NCBI GenBank assembly: GCA_051294375.1
Contig: CM119269.1
Location: 16,022,690 to 16,086,689 of the forward strand
Length of the DNA stretch: 64,000 bases
From: Paraspadella gotoi
Taxonomy: Eukaryota > Animalia > Chaetognatha
Direction of reading: 5' to 3'
The position numbers and the translations under genes were made by a program. A model generated the notes under the pieces. It did no database searches, was not told the DNA's origin, and was given only the letters and a program-made list of their open reading frames with translations. Shown in pieces: positions 36,710 to 60,455 of this stretch (position 1 is its first letter; each line of letters opens with the position of its first letter).

Positions 36710-37805
36710 TCACCTCCCCCCTCTCCATCTCTTTGAAACCGGTCCCGCGGGAGCGCGAAGGATAGACGCTAAACAATAGCAGTTAATTTTTTTTTTATGC
36801 TTTAAATTGTCGATATAAAATATCCATTTAAAACCCGGTTCAACCGACGGCGTGGGGGGGGGGCGATGTTGTCGCGGCGGTAGCTGTGGTGGCGGAGGGA
36901 AAGGGGTGTGGATATGGGCTGGATGAATGATGGCGATGTTGGTTGCGATGTTGTTAAAGATGAATGAAAAAGAAAAAAATATGCGGGAACTTTCTCAATT
37001 TCGTCATTGACAAAGTTTTTTAACTTCGAATCGCTGATGACGAGTTCCTTTTTTGATCCCGTCTTTTCAAAACAGTTTTCTTTTTACGAAAATGGAGATT
37101 TATAGTAAAGATAATCCAACATAAGTCGTTTGCATTTATTGAGACCTGACAGGAAGGAAACGCAAAAATCCAAAAAAAATTTTATTACTTGAATATTAAA
37201 ACTGTAACTAGTCAGATAAAGTGATAAACAATGTTTATGAAAATTTTAGGAAACAAATTCTAGACAGCATTTTTTGCGAAATGCATAGGGGTATTGCCTT
37301 GCGGCATACTTACATAAAAAATTTAAAAATTTAAACTAAAAGCATACCCATTGAAAACTCGTTAGGAGTCATCGCCCTTTATCGCTGCCACTATTGCTTG
37401 ACCTTCTTTTGCTCTCTCGAGTTTGGGCGAAGAAATTTTCTCATCGATTCGATGAAGAGAGGACAAAGATTGATGAGAAAAACCCTTAGGCTTTAAACTT
37501 GGATCTCTTCTTTTCTTTTTCTTTTTTTTCGAAGAAAAAAAGGAAGAAAGAAGCGAAATGACTAATACAAAGAGTTTAAGGGTTTTAGGAGTATTTGTGT
37601 CCTTAACCTTTCTACTATCTCTCTCTCTCTCTCGTTCTCTCCCTTTCTCTCGCTCTCGCTCCGTCTCTCTCACCACGTGACGCATCAGTGGTCAATGGCG
37701 CGGGCAGAAGCGGCCAGAAAAGCGGCAACGAATGCCGCTGCTCAATTCTGTCACACTGAGCTCGCAGTTCGGGCTTTCGGGGAGAGAGAGAGAGAGAGAG
37801 AGAGA

Positions 37806-37873
<68 letters not shown>

Positions 37874-39768
37874 TTCGATATGAATGATATTGCAATTTCT
37901 TTTTCGCTTTCTCCTTCGGTCGGTGCCATTTGATTTTCGAGCTGCAGATATTCTCAGTTGAATCGAGGAGGAGTCGCGCTCTCGTCCTCGACGATTGAGG
38001 TCGCCAGTCGTTTCTCTCTCCGCCGCGTTGAGGATTCGGTCGACCTTCGGGGGTCGAAGTGAGAATCCGACAAAAGAGCAACGGGGACGGATTAGATTGA
38101 TTCACCACCCCGATGTAGTAGTTTTGTTGGGGTCTTCTGAGATTTGGGATGTGAACGAAATTTTTGGCTTTCCTAAAAACGTTTGTACGCGCTTTCAGGT
38201 AATTAAAGGCTTAAAAACATTATTTTAAATCCTAAAATTGATGACTTTTTTTCCAGGGTGGGTGAGACATTGCAGGTATCATTTTTTACTGAGTTTTTTA
38301 AAACTTTTAAAACTTCTTCGAAATTAAGACGCAAAAAGCGCGAATTAATTTTACAACCATGATACTTTGGCTTCCTAATTATTTTAAAAGTAAATCACCT
38401 TCTCTCGTCTAAATTTCTAATATTTTTAATGTACTGATGTAACTTGCTAGTCATGAAACTTTTCGTTTAATTTTTTCAAACCTACTATAGTAAAAAACGA
38501 ACTAAGAGTTAAGTGTGAAAGTGACTGACTTTTTTTACTTTCTGAAAAATCAGAACAATATAAGACGAAAGTTTACATCGGAAATTGAGATCCTTTTTTA
38601 ATTCCAAAACCATCTACGGGTGTCGGCGTCGGACACTTTATTCAGAAAAAAAACTCGGATGAAATTCATGAAAAAAAATAAAAAAATTATAGATGACAAC
38701 GAAAGCTCCAGAGAAAACCAAATTATATTTTTTATTGAATAAAAAAAAAACATGACTGCGGTGAAAAAAAAAACAAACAAAAAAACGAAACTGATTTCAT
38801 GGGGGAAGGAATTGAAATAGAGAAGTAAAACGATTAACCATCGATGAGAAAAAGAGAAGTAATATAGAGAAGAAATTTGTAATCATAATCATTTGATGAC
38901 TTTCTTGGTGTGGGGATCCTCGGCTGAATTAGCACCTTATGCGTGCCGAGCCGGTCGCCCCGTGTGCAAACGCCTCTTGGAGAGAAGTGGGGGGGGTTGC
39001 AGGTATAAAACTGAGAATCTTTAGCTCAATTTAAAATAGACTAAGATTTAAAGCGTTCGTCACACGAGGCAAGGCAGATACAGTAAGAACGCCAAGACGC
39101 CCCCCGCCACAAAGTCAAAAAATGTAAAAAAAATTCATGATTTTTGTTTTTTTTTTTTTTTAAGTTGGATGAGACTCATTTGGGATCGAGGAAAGAAAGA
39201 AAAAAGTATAAAACGATTAATATCGAATTAGAAAAAAAAAAAATAAAAAAAAAAAAGATCTGCGATCGAAATCGGTTCTTTTCGTCGATTTCGCGATGTC
39301 AAACGACTTGGTCAAAAATGTCAAGCGTCCGTCGTCATCTGTCATTTGTTATCCCGTCCAACTAAAAGAATCGAATTCGTCTTTGTTTACGTTTTTCAAT
39401 TTTCTTGTTGTTAAGATGAAGAGCCGGAGGTAGAAACGGGGTGTGTGCTCAAGGACCCGATAAAAACAACCGAACTAAATTAGGGTAGTCTCGATGTGAA
39501 GCCGATTCACGTACGAAACTTGACTTGATTTTTTAAACAAAATTCTATATCGTAATATATTAAGTTTATAACGTTTTCGTCCAGAATCGCTATCACTCGG
39601 AAAACACGTTTAAAAAAAATGTTTTTAAAATCGAAACAGTCACATGTTAGACGATGAGGCAAAACGCAGGGACGAAAATTGGTCTGGTTTTTTTTTTTGT
39701 ACTTTTTTTTTTTAAAAAAGAAATTCTGAGATGAAGGGGAAAAATGGAAATTTTCCGTAAGGGAGAGA

Positions 39769-39822
<54 letters not shown>

Positions 39823-40769
39823 GAGAGGAGAGAGAGAAGAGAGAGAAGAGAAGAGAGAAAGCCCATCTCCAAAGACGCATTAAAATTTAGGTTCTCTCTG
39901 CAGCAAAATTCGAAGACATGAAAAAATGATTAATACTCTAATTTTCTAAGCTAATCGTAAAAAATTAACTGAACAACGTGACTCGGGGGGGAGAAACATG
40001 AATTGGTTCGCTACAAATTTAACTTAAGTATCACTTTAAAGTTACAATCGTTATGACCAGACTGGTTTCCAGGGCGAATTAGAAAATGAAATAAACGAGT
40101 TGCCAAGAAATTAACATATTTAGCTGTTTTTTTTTTTCTTTCTAAAATTTTTTTTCTGTTAGAAATAATTTCTATAAAAAATGGAAATACAGTATTTATA
40201 GGGCGTCGTAGCACGTATAAAAAAAATTTTAAACGTAAACAATGATGGTTATAACACGAATTCGGCGAGAAAAAAAAAAAGTAGAGAAGAGATATATTGC
40301 ATTTCCCCGTCTCTCTCTAAATATATTAGGCAAAAAAAAAAAGTACTTTTAAAAGTCCTGCGAAAAGAAGACACGAGATAAAAATTGATAAAAAAAAATA
40401 AATTAAATAATTTTTTTAAATTAAAAAAAGTAATGTCAAGTTCGTACAAAACGGAAATAACTATGACATCGTACAAGCTTATTATCAATAGTAATTATTT
40501 GATATTATTCAAATGTTATCATACAACAAGAGGGAAAGTAAATACAACATATCTTTTTGTTGGTTTGTTTGTTTGTTTGTTTTTTTACCAAAGCAGAATA
40601 TTCTACACGGAATTTTAGACTCTTAGAGTCTGTTTTGTTTTCTGGGTTTTTTTTTTGTTGTTTTTTTTTTTAATAATAAAATCACACTAGCGACAGAAAA
40701 AAGGGAAGGGGGGACATGATAATGGACTGCGATGAAAACGATAGTTGATGATGATGATGATGATGATGA

Positions 40770-40800
<31 letters not shown>

Positions 40801-43800
40801 TGTGAGTGGTGAGGCTCGATGATGCTTATGGGATAATTGACGGGGATGACTTTTTTTGTCATTTACGACCTCGAAAAGTAGAAGAAAGCGATGAAGAGCG
40901 ACGATCGTAACGACGATGATGACATGACATAATGACATGATACAGATGACTTGCCGATGATTGGAAAAGGGAGATGTACACCGCCCCAAGTATCTCTCTC
41001 ATTTTGCAGGGAGCACCGACATTTTTTTGGCGAGAGGGCGTCGTGGTTTCGGTTTAGTTACGAGGATTTTGTTTTGTGAATGCGAGCAAAATCTTGCGAA
41101 CGGAAGAGTCAACGTCGTTATTTAAAAAAAAAATATATATATATAATTATACGCTTAAATCTGGATTTTCAATAAAAAATTGTGGTTATAAGGATTACAA
41201 CGTGGCTCAAAAAGACAAAAACCCCATTCGCCTATGAACAATACAATACTTAGCAAGAAATTACAGAAGTATTTATCTGGGGTTTTATCGTTTAATACTC
41301 ACGTATATATCTTACGTAATAGCAAGAAGTTTTGAAATACCTTAATATACTTAACATTAAAATTCTTAATTATTTCGAGGTCATCCCATCGAAGGTTCAG
41401 TGTAGCCAAGTCGTCGTCTGCCGTCAACAACTCTTTTCCCTTCGACGGACGTTTACTTTTATAATATGAACTAAATCTTTATAATTGTTTTTTTTTTCTT
41501 ATTAAGCCTATATAACGCCGGCTTGAACTTCCACGCTTGTATCATTACACTTAACTACCCTGTTTAGTGTTTCATTTTATTATTTTATTCTTTTCTGGTT
41601 TTTTTTCTCATATTTTGTCACCAGTCTTTACTATTTTTGTTGATGTTCTTTTTTTTTATCGTTCGTTTCGTCTTTTTTTTTTGTTTTATTCGCAAACGCG
41701 TCTCCCAGATGTCGCGAGCGTGGACACTGGACACGGCTATAGGGGCGGTTTGGTGACTGGGAACGTGGCGACGCTGATAGCGTGGATGTAACGAAGGCGG
41801 TCGTGGACAATTCCGCTCATCGAGAACCAATCGAGCTTGGGGGACCTTTCATATTTTTTGAGTGGACGGAGATGTGTTTGAGAGAGAAAGGTCAGCCGAT
41901 CGAGGCGCGACTCTTTCGAAAAATGGGGGAGAGGAGTGGGGAGAGGCAGTGATTGCTTTCGAAGGGAAGGGGGGGGGAATTGGATCGAAAGGTAGCGAGT
42001 TCGAAACCTAGCGCCGTTTTGTTTTTAACACCGCACGTTTTTTGTTTATATATTCCTTGTTTGTCAATTGATCAACAGTTTATTTCACAAACAATGCATG
42101 ATAAAATCGTGCGAGTGCCTCGAAAAGGGATCGGCGAATGAAGAGGGCGCTCTTGGATCGAGGCGCTTGCCTCTCGACGGGCAGGAGGCGGCCACCCTGG
42201 AACAGAGCCCCTGCCCGCTTTGAAGTGAGAAAGGTTTTCGTAAAGTAATAAAACAAGTCGGACTCAACTGCGTCCGAAACGAAAAACCCGGAGAGGGACA
42301 AAGTTGTCCAACGATTATTTTGCGCCGAGGACCAAAGGCCGATCCCTTTTTTTTGGGTTCGGCTGACCCATCCCTCGGTTGAGGGTTTGTCTCGTACCAA
42401 CATCTGCTATCGAAAGATTGATCTAATTTTTTTGAAAGGGATTTTATTTGAAAGACTTTTTTTTTGTATCCAGGAAACGAACTTTTGGCTTAAAAAGTGT
42501 GACAGTGTGTTGTTGCTCGAATAAAAAATCGTACAATAATTCTGAGTAAGACTAGAATAGTGGTAAACGACCGGATCCAAATCGCTTTGGTGTCTTCTCT
42601 TTTTGAAAAGGGGGATAAAAAAATTGAAAACCTGTTTTTTTTTTTCCTTTTTGTTGTTTTTTAAAAAAAAAACAAGAGGTAATCGTTCTTTGGAAAACCT
42701 CTTTTTAGAAGGGACAAAGGGACACAAGCTGTTATTTTTTTTTTTTTTTGTCTACTCTTTTGTTTTCTAAGATCAATGACATGACGCTAACGAAAATTTC
42801 TCAACTACGAGGAAAATAAAAATGGTCAGAGAAATATTCGGGCATTCGAACAGAATCGGCGAGTCGGCAAGGCCGATGCTTTATATATTTAAATGTCATA
42901 TAAAACTATAGTAATTTCGTCAGGTAAATGTTTTTTTTTTTTTTAGGTTATTTACCCTCTCAACGAATTATGAATGAATTTATTCCGATAATTTTTTTCC
43001 TATTTTTNNNNNNNNNNNNNNNNNNNNNNNNNGTCTTAAGGATACGCCGCAATCATCGATTTTTGGATCCAAACTTATCCCTCCCACCCAAACTTATATT
43101 TATTCTTAATTTAATTCTTAACCATAAGTTATCTGCTAACTTTAATTTTTATCCCACAAGTAACAAGAACTCGGGAAAAAATTATAAAAAATTACATGAT
43201 AAAATCTACATGTTATCTGAGAATTCCTTTAACAGGACTAGTGTTATTCCCACTACAAAAATTAATCCTCATTCCCTTCCTTTCGTTCTTCTATTTAAAA
43301 AAAACCTTGCTCTTCGTTTTCCATATGCCTCCAGAGCTATTGATCTCTAGGAATGCCCTGCAAATGTTAATAAAAGGCAACGCAACATTTAGTAATGTTA
43401 TATAAGACAAGACACAGATATCAGTATTACAATAAGAACTTACTGTTTATATACTTGGGAAACTCTCAATGGATCACATCGTGATGTTGTATCTAAATTA
43501 AAAATAACAAATTATGTATAGACCCGGGTCCGTCCCTCGAAGAAACGACCCCGTGACAATCTTTGCGATTTGGAGACCTGTGTGTGGCGCATAGCATCTA
43601 CGGTCATTCATGGAAACCGCACTCTTTTAAGGCAAGATATTCTGGCATTTAAGCCGGGTGGGTATTTCGACGGACGGATAATGGTAAAGTTTTCTGTCTC
43701 CTTAATCTTAAAGGGAAAATCTTTTAAAATGGGATAACCTATTAAAATATCCAAAGTAATAATAGTTATTCAACAGTATCAAAATAATATCAAAATCCTT

Positions 43801-46800
43801 ATTTAAACACTCAAAAGAATTCAAAGAATTAAAAAAATTAGTACGAGATTATCAGAAAAAATCATCATGAACTATATACTGAAAAAAGTTACTGTTGAAA
43901 ATTTCGGACGATACAATATCATATGCTGCCTACATTTACGCAGTACTAACAAGAACCGTACATCTTCTGTGCTCATTCGCACTGTACTTAACTTCACATC
44001 ATATCTCATCATACTTAACTAAAATTCTCATGACAATGCAAATACTCAATCATCTATTCTAGCTATTCTATATCATTAAAATTATTACAATTTACCCAGT
44101 ACTATAGAATCTACTCTCAAAGATTGATTCCCACGGAAAAAAAGCTGACCGCGATAAATTGTCGATGCCGAAAAATCTTAGTGCTCTCTCTGGATCGATG
44201 AGAACGACCGAAGATGGCACATAAAAGCTGTTTAGTAAATAGTCATTCTTATTCCATCATTGGCTACCGTGCGTGTTAATACATACTCTATTATTACACT
44301 TGAATCAAAATAATCTCCAAAGGTTAAGCAGTATAGAACAATTCTTCATCTGCTGCTTGTCTCAAGGGCGAGTCATTGAATTCATTCTATACAAGACACT
44401 CCTAATAAGTATTAATCACTATGTAACTATGCTTTTCTCCTGGCTATAATTTTTCTGCGTGCATACTCTTGTTGCTATTCAATTGGTGAAACTATCATGG
44501 TCTTATTCATGTTTGTAAATCATTCGTTGGAGACGAACATGCGGAGTACTCATAGCCTATCAGTAGTGGCAACAGCGATTATAACGGGAGAAAAGAAGAA
44601 TACGGCATGAAGACGAAGACGTTAAGGTCCCACGATGATACGCGAGTGTATGAGAGACGTATTGAAAACGATATATAGAGATAGTGGGTGGTCTTTAGTC
44701 ACAATAATTAATCTATTACTAAAATGATATTATTTTAACTATTGTGTGTTAAATCCTCTTCAAAATGGCATTCCAGCATCCATTACGAAGAAATGTCAGA
44801 TGAGGGATTTTTAATGGACATCGTCATGTCGCTCAAGTGGCCAATCCGAAGCGATTCGCTACAACAAAAGATCGACGAGCCACAGCCAGAGCCAAAAAAG
44901 CTCATGACATGAGGATCCCCCGAGCCGTCATTGACGTAACAAAGAAAACTAAGATTCACTCGGCAAAGTCAATACGGTCGCTAGCGAGCATAACAAAGAA
45001 TGTTTAAGCGGATTATCCGAAGAAAAAATCTTATATAATTTGGATTTTACTCTTTGCGCAATATAATATAAATAGTTTAAAATATTTTACCAGCTGTCCC
45101 AATAAGATAAAAGCTTAAACACACTAGCGCTATATCTTCTGAAAAACTCGAAAATTTTTCTTATCTCATGGGCACGCTCGGTTATAAAATATCGGATTGA
45201 AATACACAGTTAATTATGCTTGCTTAAAACAAGCAAGCAAAGCTTGCAAGAATTTACAGCATGTCATTATCATCGAATTGAAGCCTAAGACAGTGGTCTA
45301 ATTTATCTGCAGCCATATGTACTCACTTTCTCGTTTTAATAGAGATAAAACAACATGTAGGAAAATAAGAAGACATAATAACAATAAAAGCCACAACTCA
45401 CCCATTCCTTCTTTAAATTCCAACTCTTTTTAAATTCATCATAAAAAGGTCAAAAAGATTGCTCGCGCTACCCCCCCAGTTGTCCTCCAAGTCCTTACGC
45501 TTTTCCGAATCTCCATATTGTGCACACTATGTACGTTCATCAATTGGTCTTGACTAAAATAACTTTTGACTTTTTAATACTATCTCTTTAAACAGAAATC
45601 GACGAAAATCTGATATATATCCCATCGAAAAAACCAGAATCTCGATACTCCTCGCTAGTAACGAGGTTAGATAAGGGTCTTCTATACCTCTTTGAATTTA
45701 CGCCATAAGTAATACGACTGAACGAAAAAATTGTGTTATTCAGTTGGGAAAATCAAATAAACTACGTAAGAACTTGATATCACTGAATCTCGACGAACAA
45801 TCCAACGCTCCTGTTCGCCCGCCGTATTACAGGTTAGTTAAAAACTATCATTTTGTGTTTGTTCCAGTTCTTTGCCCGCACGTGTTATGCCTAACTATCT
45901 GTCAACCCCCATTGAAAAAAGTTACTCAGAATCAGTCGTGAGCAATCGATCAGATGATCAAATATCAAATCAAATAACAAAATGTAGATTTAAGTTTAAG
46001 TGATTTTTTGCATTTGTTGAAGTTTTAATAGTTTATGGTTTTAACGTATGATTATATCGTTTTTCAGTCGTGTTTACAGACCTGTCACTGTTTTTATTAT
46101 GTTAATACTGTTTGGTATTAATAAAAAAAACGTTTCATAAAAAAAAACCAGTCCACCTGGTCGAGGTTAAGTGTGCGCAAAAGGAGAAACCGGGAACATG
46201 GACTTCTTTCTCTTAATTTATGCAGTAAGACAAAACAATTGTCGTTCAACCGTTCCTATCTAAAAACCTATTGGATGAATTTTTCACAATTTTTTCCGCT
46301 CACATTTTTCCTTCGATTGATTTTATAAGAGGAGATAATCATGTAAATTAATACTCGTCATTTATACTGAAACCAGAGCGTCGTTTTCATTGGGCGAAGG
46401 TTGACTTTGACACGACGATGTTGCGAAAGTTCTGACGTTTTCCGGCGGTCGCGGACGACAGGCAGTTATCTCCGCCAAATCACGTGCCTCGTATTCCAAT
46501 GGAGACGAAATCCGAGCAGAAGGGAAGAACGAAAAGAAAAAAAAAAACACAATAAAACAATTTTTTTAATTCGTCGGGGAAATAATGCATAAATGAAGTT
46601 AATTAACCGCGATTTTACGTGACGCTGGAAAGAAGAGGGATAAGGAGAGGGAGGAGAGAGATGATGTGAAGGTGAGATGGATTAGGAGATGAGAGAGGTG
46701 AGGAGAGAGATCGAGGTGAGCGGGCGACGTTGGACTTTTTGTAGATAGGAGTGAATGACTGAGCCTGAACGTTAGTATCCGATCTGTCGAGATACGGTTT

Positions 46801-49800
46801 AAATATCGCGTATATATGTTATTAGTCAATAACCTAATATGCCGGTTTAGCTATCCACAGTTTGATCATACTGCCTACGGGTCCGAGCCAGACCACAACA
46901 TAAAGCGCGGGGACCTTTAACGCTCTCTGTGTGATTGCTCGCACTCCCCTGCAACTCGAGTCTTTTGATAAGAATCCTCATGTTGGGATCAATCCGTGCT
47001 GCATGAAACGTCGTGGGGAGCAGAAAAAGGGCCGCATGGGCACCAGGGAAAAAAAGGCGGAGAAATCTTCGAATAGGCCGACGTCGTCGAGACACAATTG
47101 ACAAAAGGCACAAACGGCTTAGCCCCAGAGCTCTAACAACACAAACGACAAACCACTGGCTGTGACGGGCATCCGAAGCCCAGACGACGCGACGTTCGAA
47201 GACACGGTCTAATGTCAGGGGCGGCAGCGGCTTGGCTAATCTAAATCGCAGATCGGCTCCCCTCCAGAAAAAATGCATTAAAAAAATGGGATTTCCGGAA
47301 AAGAAACTGCATAGCGGCGGAATATTAAACGGAGCCGATCGCGGACATTATTTTCTTACTTTACTTTTGCGGAAGCAATCGATTGCCGGCCGCCAGCGGC
47401 ACGGCGAAGCAGCGGGGCGAAAAAATAAAAAGAAAGATGAAAAATGAGACATTTACGAGGAAGATAGCTTATAACTGACCAATCACCATTTATTCGTCAG
47501 ATTAGCTTAATCGTCCCCTATTGGGACTCTTAACCACACCCTATATTCCGCCCCGGGCTACCGTTATTCCGCTCTAATACAGCAGATAAGGATTGGTAGA
47601 ATTTATCTGTTTTTTAAACAAGTATGCCCATCTGTGGTCCTGATATCTCATATTGTTGTCTTACAAGTTCGAATAAACCAACAAAGGGACGAGCAGCTAC
47701 ACAAAGGAGTTATTCAATCTTTCGACAGTCAAAGGACAAGAGAGAATACATAATTCTTACTTGTGTAATTCTGATCGAATGAATGAAAATTAAAGCAAGT
47801 TCACTCTTTATAATACCGCGAAATAATCATCGCATACTCTGTTTTCGAAAATCTTCCGTACAGGTCTTTTGCTCTTCCACTCGTTCTCGAAGGATCCTTT
47901 CTTCGGTCGCTTATTCTCCTCCCTTTACACCTTTACTTCCTCACATTACCAGCTTTTTTTTACTTACGTTTTCATGACTCCTTTCCTCTCTCTTCTCTAT
48001 CTCTTCCGCTCGTTATCTATCTTTCTTATTTCCCATATTTCTCTTCCTCCCCCTCCTCAAACAACCCACTCTACCCCCTCTACCCCACCTCGGCCATAAT
48101 CACTCTCTCTAAATTTTTCTACTTACTCGTACTTTCTTCCCTATAATTCACTTCGAAAATCCTCACAATTCAACGCCATCATTTTTATATTTATGCTACA
48201 TTCAACCGTCTCGCGTTACCATATTCCTTAAAATCCTGAGGAGAGAGCAAGATTATTTGCACGGCACCCGCAGCGTTTGCCAAGGATAACGTGTGTTCAA
48301 GCCATCTGAATTATGATCAACGCATATAAATCGCTTTTCATCGCCATTTAATTCCTTTTTATTTTTTTGCGAATTAATACGCGGAAAGTTTCCGCGCGCA
48401 CTCGGCTCTGGATCGTGCCGTCTCTTGCTTGTAACGTCGAGTTTGTTAGTTGTAATATATCAACTTGTTCGAGGCGAATCGCAATACCGCGTCGCTCGCA
48501 CGACAGTCTTCGTCCTCGCAGCCGCTCGCCCCGACCCTTTAGGCCCGAGCAGTGTTTTCGTGACAGCTGCCGACTCACGCTTCTCCAATCGACGTACAAA
48601 AGTTGTTCGAGCAATAAGATTATAGTTTACCGCTGCGCTCGTACCGCATCTAGAGCTCTCTGCTCCTCGATAGCGGTACTTGAGTGGGAACGAACTTAGT
48701 GCAGACCACTACCTTCGTGTATGTTCAGCCAAGTGAATATGGCGTCTTGCATTGAATGCGCTATGCTCCTGCGAAAATATTAGAAAAATTCTTGACACTT
48801 TTAATCCTCGCCTCGCTGATCGTAGGAGAATTTGACCGGTTAAAAGAACTCCGAGGCTCGCTAAATACATTGGAGACCACAGGCAAGGATCCGGTTGAAG
48901 CAAAAAATTCGACTTTCGACAGCGATGAACTCTGGCGCTTTTTCCGGACTCGTCAAGACTGCTACTACTTGGACATGCTGGAGCTTAGCAGACTTTCGGC
49001 CGAGGCGCCCCGCTCGTAAGATATTCTCTCGAAGTCGCAGGAACTCAAATCAGGGCTCACACCAACCGATGGGTGCTCATCGTGACTCGATACGTTTCTC
49101 ATCCTTCTGCCAGCGATTTTTGATGGCCCATTGCCATGTCATACACTGGCTGTATATCTCCCCCCACCTGCCCTCAGACCTCCGCTTACGCTAGTCTATC
49201 TGCTCGTCTCCCTTTTCGCTCCGCTCTCCGCCAATTCGTACGCGGTTTTTCTATGTGTTTTCTTTATTGTTTCCTTTCCTTTTTTGTTTTCATGTCTCTG
49301 TTCTCTTCTCTTTCCTCGATTTTGATCCATTCCTCATCCCCGCGAGAGAAGGACAGGGCACGGCGGATCATTTGCATAGGGTCATGATACATTAGCGAGG
49401 CCCGCCGAGAGGAAGGGGCGGTCCATTGCATAGATGATTTCGAGTAGAACTGACATCGATTCTTCTCATCGTTCGATCGACGACTGTAGCCAAAGATTTC
49501 TGGGGGGTTTAAAGAAAAAATAGCAAAGTTTGTTTTTTTTTAGGCTTTTTTTTAGTTCTATTGAAACTGAGTCCTGATGTTGGTAATCATAATTTAGTTG
49601 AAAAAGGTTACATTTCCTGGAAAGGGATACGAGTATTTTCGGCAAAGGTAAGTCCTTTTTTTTTAAATCATTCAACCTGGAATAACGAAGCATCAAAAAG
49701 GAAAAATATTTCAAACGTTCTTCAATGTTTGCACTTTGCAGAATACAATGCTTTAATCAATGGACTATAGGATTACCCCAAATTCTTCTGCATAGTTTTC

Positions 49801-49948
49801 AAGGAAAACGAATTCAAAATAAACAAATTGTTTTCATTGTCGACTTCATGTTTATATCCAACTAATCTTCCACGACGCTCACGTTTCTTATTTCAAAATA
49901 TATTCCGAGTCTCCGCCATTTTTTCCCTTCTTTTCGCTTCGATTTTGT

Positions 49949-49984
<36 letters not shown>

Positions 49985-50646
49985 NNNNNNNNNNNNNNNN
50001 NNNNNNNNNNNNNNNNNNNNNNNNNNNNNNNNNNNNNNNNNNNNNNNNNNNNNNNNNNNNNNNNNNNNNNNNNNNNNNNNNNNNNNNNNNNNNNNNNNNN
50101 NNNNNNNNNNNNNNNNNNNNNNNNNNNNNNNNNNNNNNNNNNNNNNNNNNNNNNNNNNNNNNNNNNNNNNNNNNNNNNNNNNNNNNNNNNNNNNNNNNNN
50201 NNNNNNNNNNNNNNNNNNNNNNNNNNNNNNNNNNNNNNNNNNNNNNNNNNNNNNNNNNNNNNNNNNNNNNNNNNNNNNNNNNNNNNNNNNNNNNNNNNNN
50301 NNNNNNNNNNNNNNNNNNNNNNNNNNNNNNNNNNNNNNNNNNNNNNNNNNNNNNNNNNNNNNNNNNNNNNNNNNNNNNNNNNNNNNNNNNNNNNNNNNNN
50401 NNNNNNNNNNNNNNNNNNNNNNNNNNNNNNNNNNNNNNNNNNNNNNNNNNNNNNNNNNNNNNNNNNNNNNNNNNNNNNNNNNNNNNNNNNNNNNNNNNNN
50501 NNNNNNNNNNNNNNNNNNNNNNNNNNNNNNNNNNNNNNNNNNNNNNNNNNNNNNNNNNNNNNNNNNNNNNNNNNNNNNNNNNNNNNNNNNNNNNNNNNNN
50601 NNNNNNNNNNNNNNNNNNNNNNNNNNNNNNNNNNNNNNNNNNNNNN

Positions 50647-58401
<7,755 letters not shown>

Positions 58402-58667
58402 AGAAAGAAAAACCTAAAACGCGCGTTGGCGAAAGGAAATTCTGCCAGAATCTGTTTGACGCATAAAGAACCCGAGCGGAGAGAAAACATCGACGTCAGA
58501 TAAGATCGAGTTTTATGCAGTAAAAAAAATTACTTTTTTTTAAAAGAAAGTAATGATAACAAAACATGTCATTTATCCCGAAAATCGGTAATATGATTCG
58601 ATGACTGCGACAAAATCACGTGAGAGAAGAAAGGACTGAAGAGTAACAATCGAGGTTGGTATGAAGG

Positions 58668-58746
<79 letters not shown>

Positions 58747-59005
58747 AGGTAACGGGTTGACGGGAGGGAGGTAAGTTTTGTAACCGAAGCACCTGGAGGA
58801 AGGGGGAGGGGGGCCCCCCCCCGAAGGGGGGGGTGGTTGAGAAAAGGAGACGTCAATCGTCGTCGCCGGAACAGCGGCCGAAGCGACCGTCGCTGTTCCC
58901 GATGCTGTTGCTGCCGCTGATGCTGTTGCCGTTGCTGCAGCGGGCGTCGACGATGTGGTTGTCGGGCGGCGACGAATGGGCGTCGGGCGAGGGTCGGGAT
59001 GTCTG

Positions 59006-59233
<228 letters not shown>

Positions 59234-59470
59234 TTAAAATCTTGTTTTGTTCGATTAAAATGTTGAGTTAATATTTAATCTATTTTTGTAGCTACACTCT
59301 CATTCAAAAAAAAATGAATTATCTACCTATTTCTATTTTACTTATGATTTTAAGATAAAATCTAATGAAGTACAAACGTATTTATAGATGAATAAAACAA
59401 AAGTTAATTTCATTTCGTATCATAGATAAACACTTCAAAGAAACCTTCACCCACCCGCCGATAAAACTCA

Positions 59471-59812
<342 letters not shown>

Positions 59813-60371
59813 CTAAACTACGACGACGACGAAGAAGACGACGACGACGACGAAGACGACGACGACGAGACATTCTTCGACGATCCTGGATCCAAGTTGA
59901 AATCCCGAAATCCGTTAATGAAAGAGGAATTAGAGAGACGCAACACAAGGAACAACAAAAACACTCAGACTCACACGAAAAAGGGAATAAATAAACAGGA
60001 AAAAAAAAGGGAAGGGGGAAGACGAGGATTCGTGGCAAAGACTTTTTCAAACAGCGCGAGGATAAAGAAAAAAAAAAAAGGTTTATCGATTCGTTTAAAT
60101 GAATTTGTAGTGAGATCCTCGAACAAGAATCCCCTTATAATCCCTGCCTGTGGCTCGAAAGGAATTTTGAGTCCAAACAAAACAACATTGAAGACTCTCG
60201 AGCGCTGTAACGGGAGAAATGGGAATGAAATGAACAAAAAGGGAAAATGAGGGAGAGAGAATTAGAGAAGTACAGAGTGAGCGATGGAGAGAGAGGAGGA
60301 TGATTGTGATGATTGTCTTATTTTGGTCTGAGGCATCCTATTTTTTTTTTCATATTACCGGAAGAAGAGAC

Positions 60372-60455
<84 letters not shown>

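Larger units (their letters stand above)
35272..43007 (+). repeat. ~7.7-kb direct repeat of 50647-58401
   Basis: Collinear and near-identical with small indels. This copy ends at a 25-N gap and contains the sequence missing in the N gaps of the other copy. Confidence 0.92.

Noticed and set aside
35272-43007. A second COUP-TF paralogue in the duplicated block
   Set aside because: The copy stops at the 25-N gap, ~600 bp short of the position equivalent to the stop codon, and contains no coding exon.
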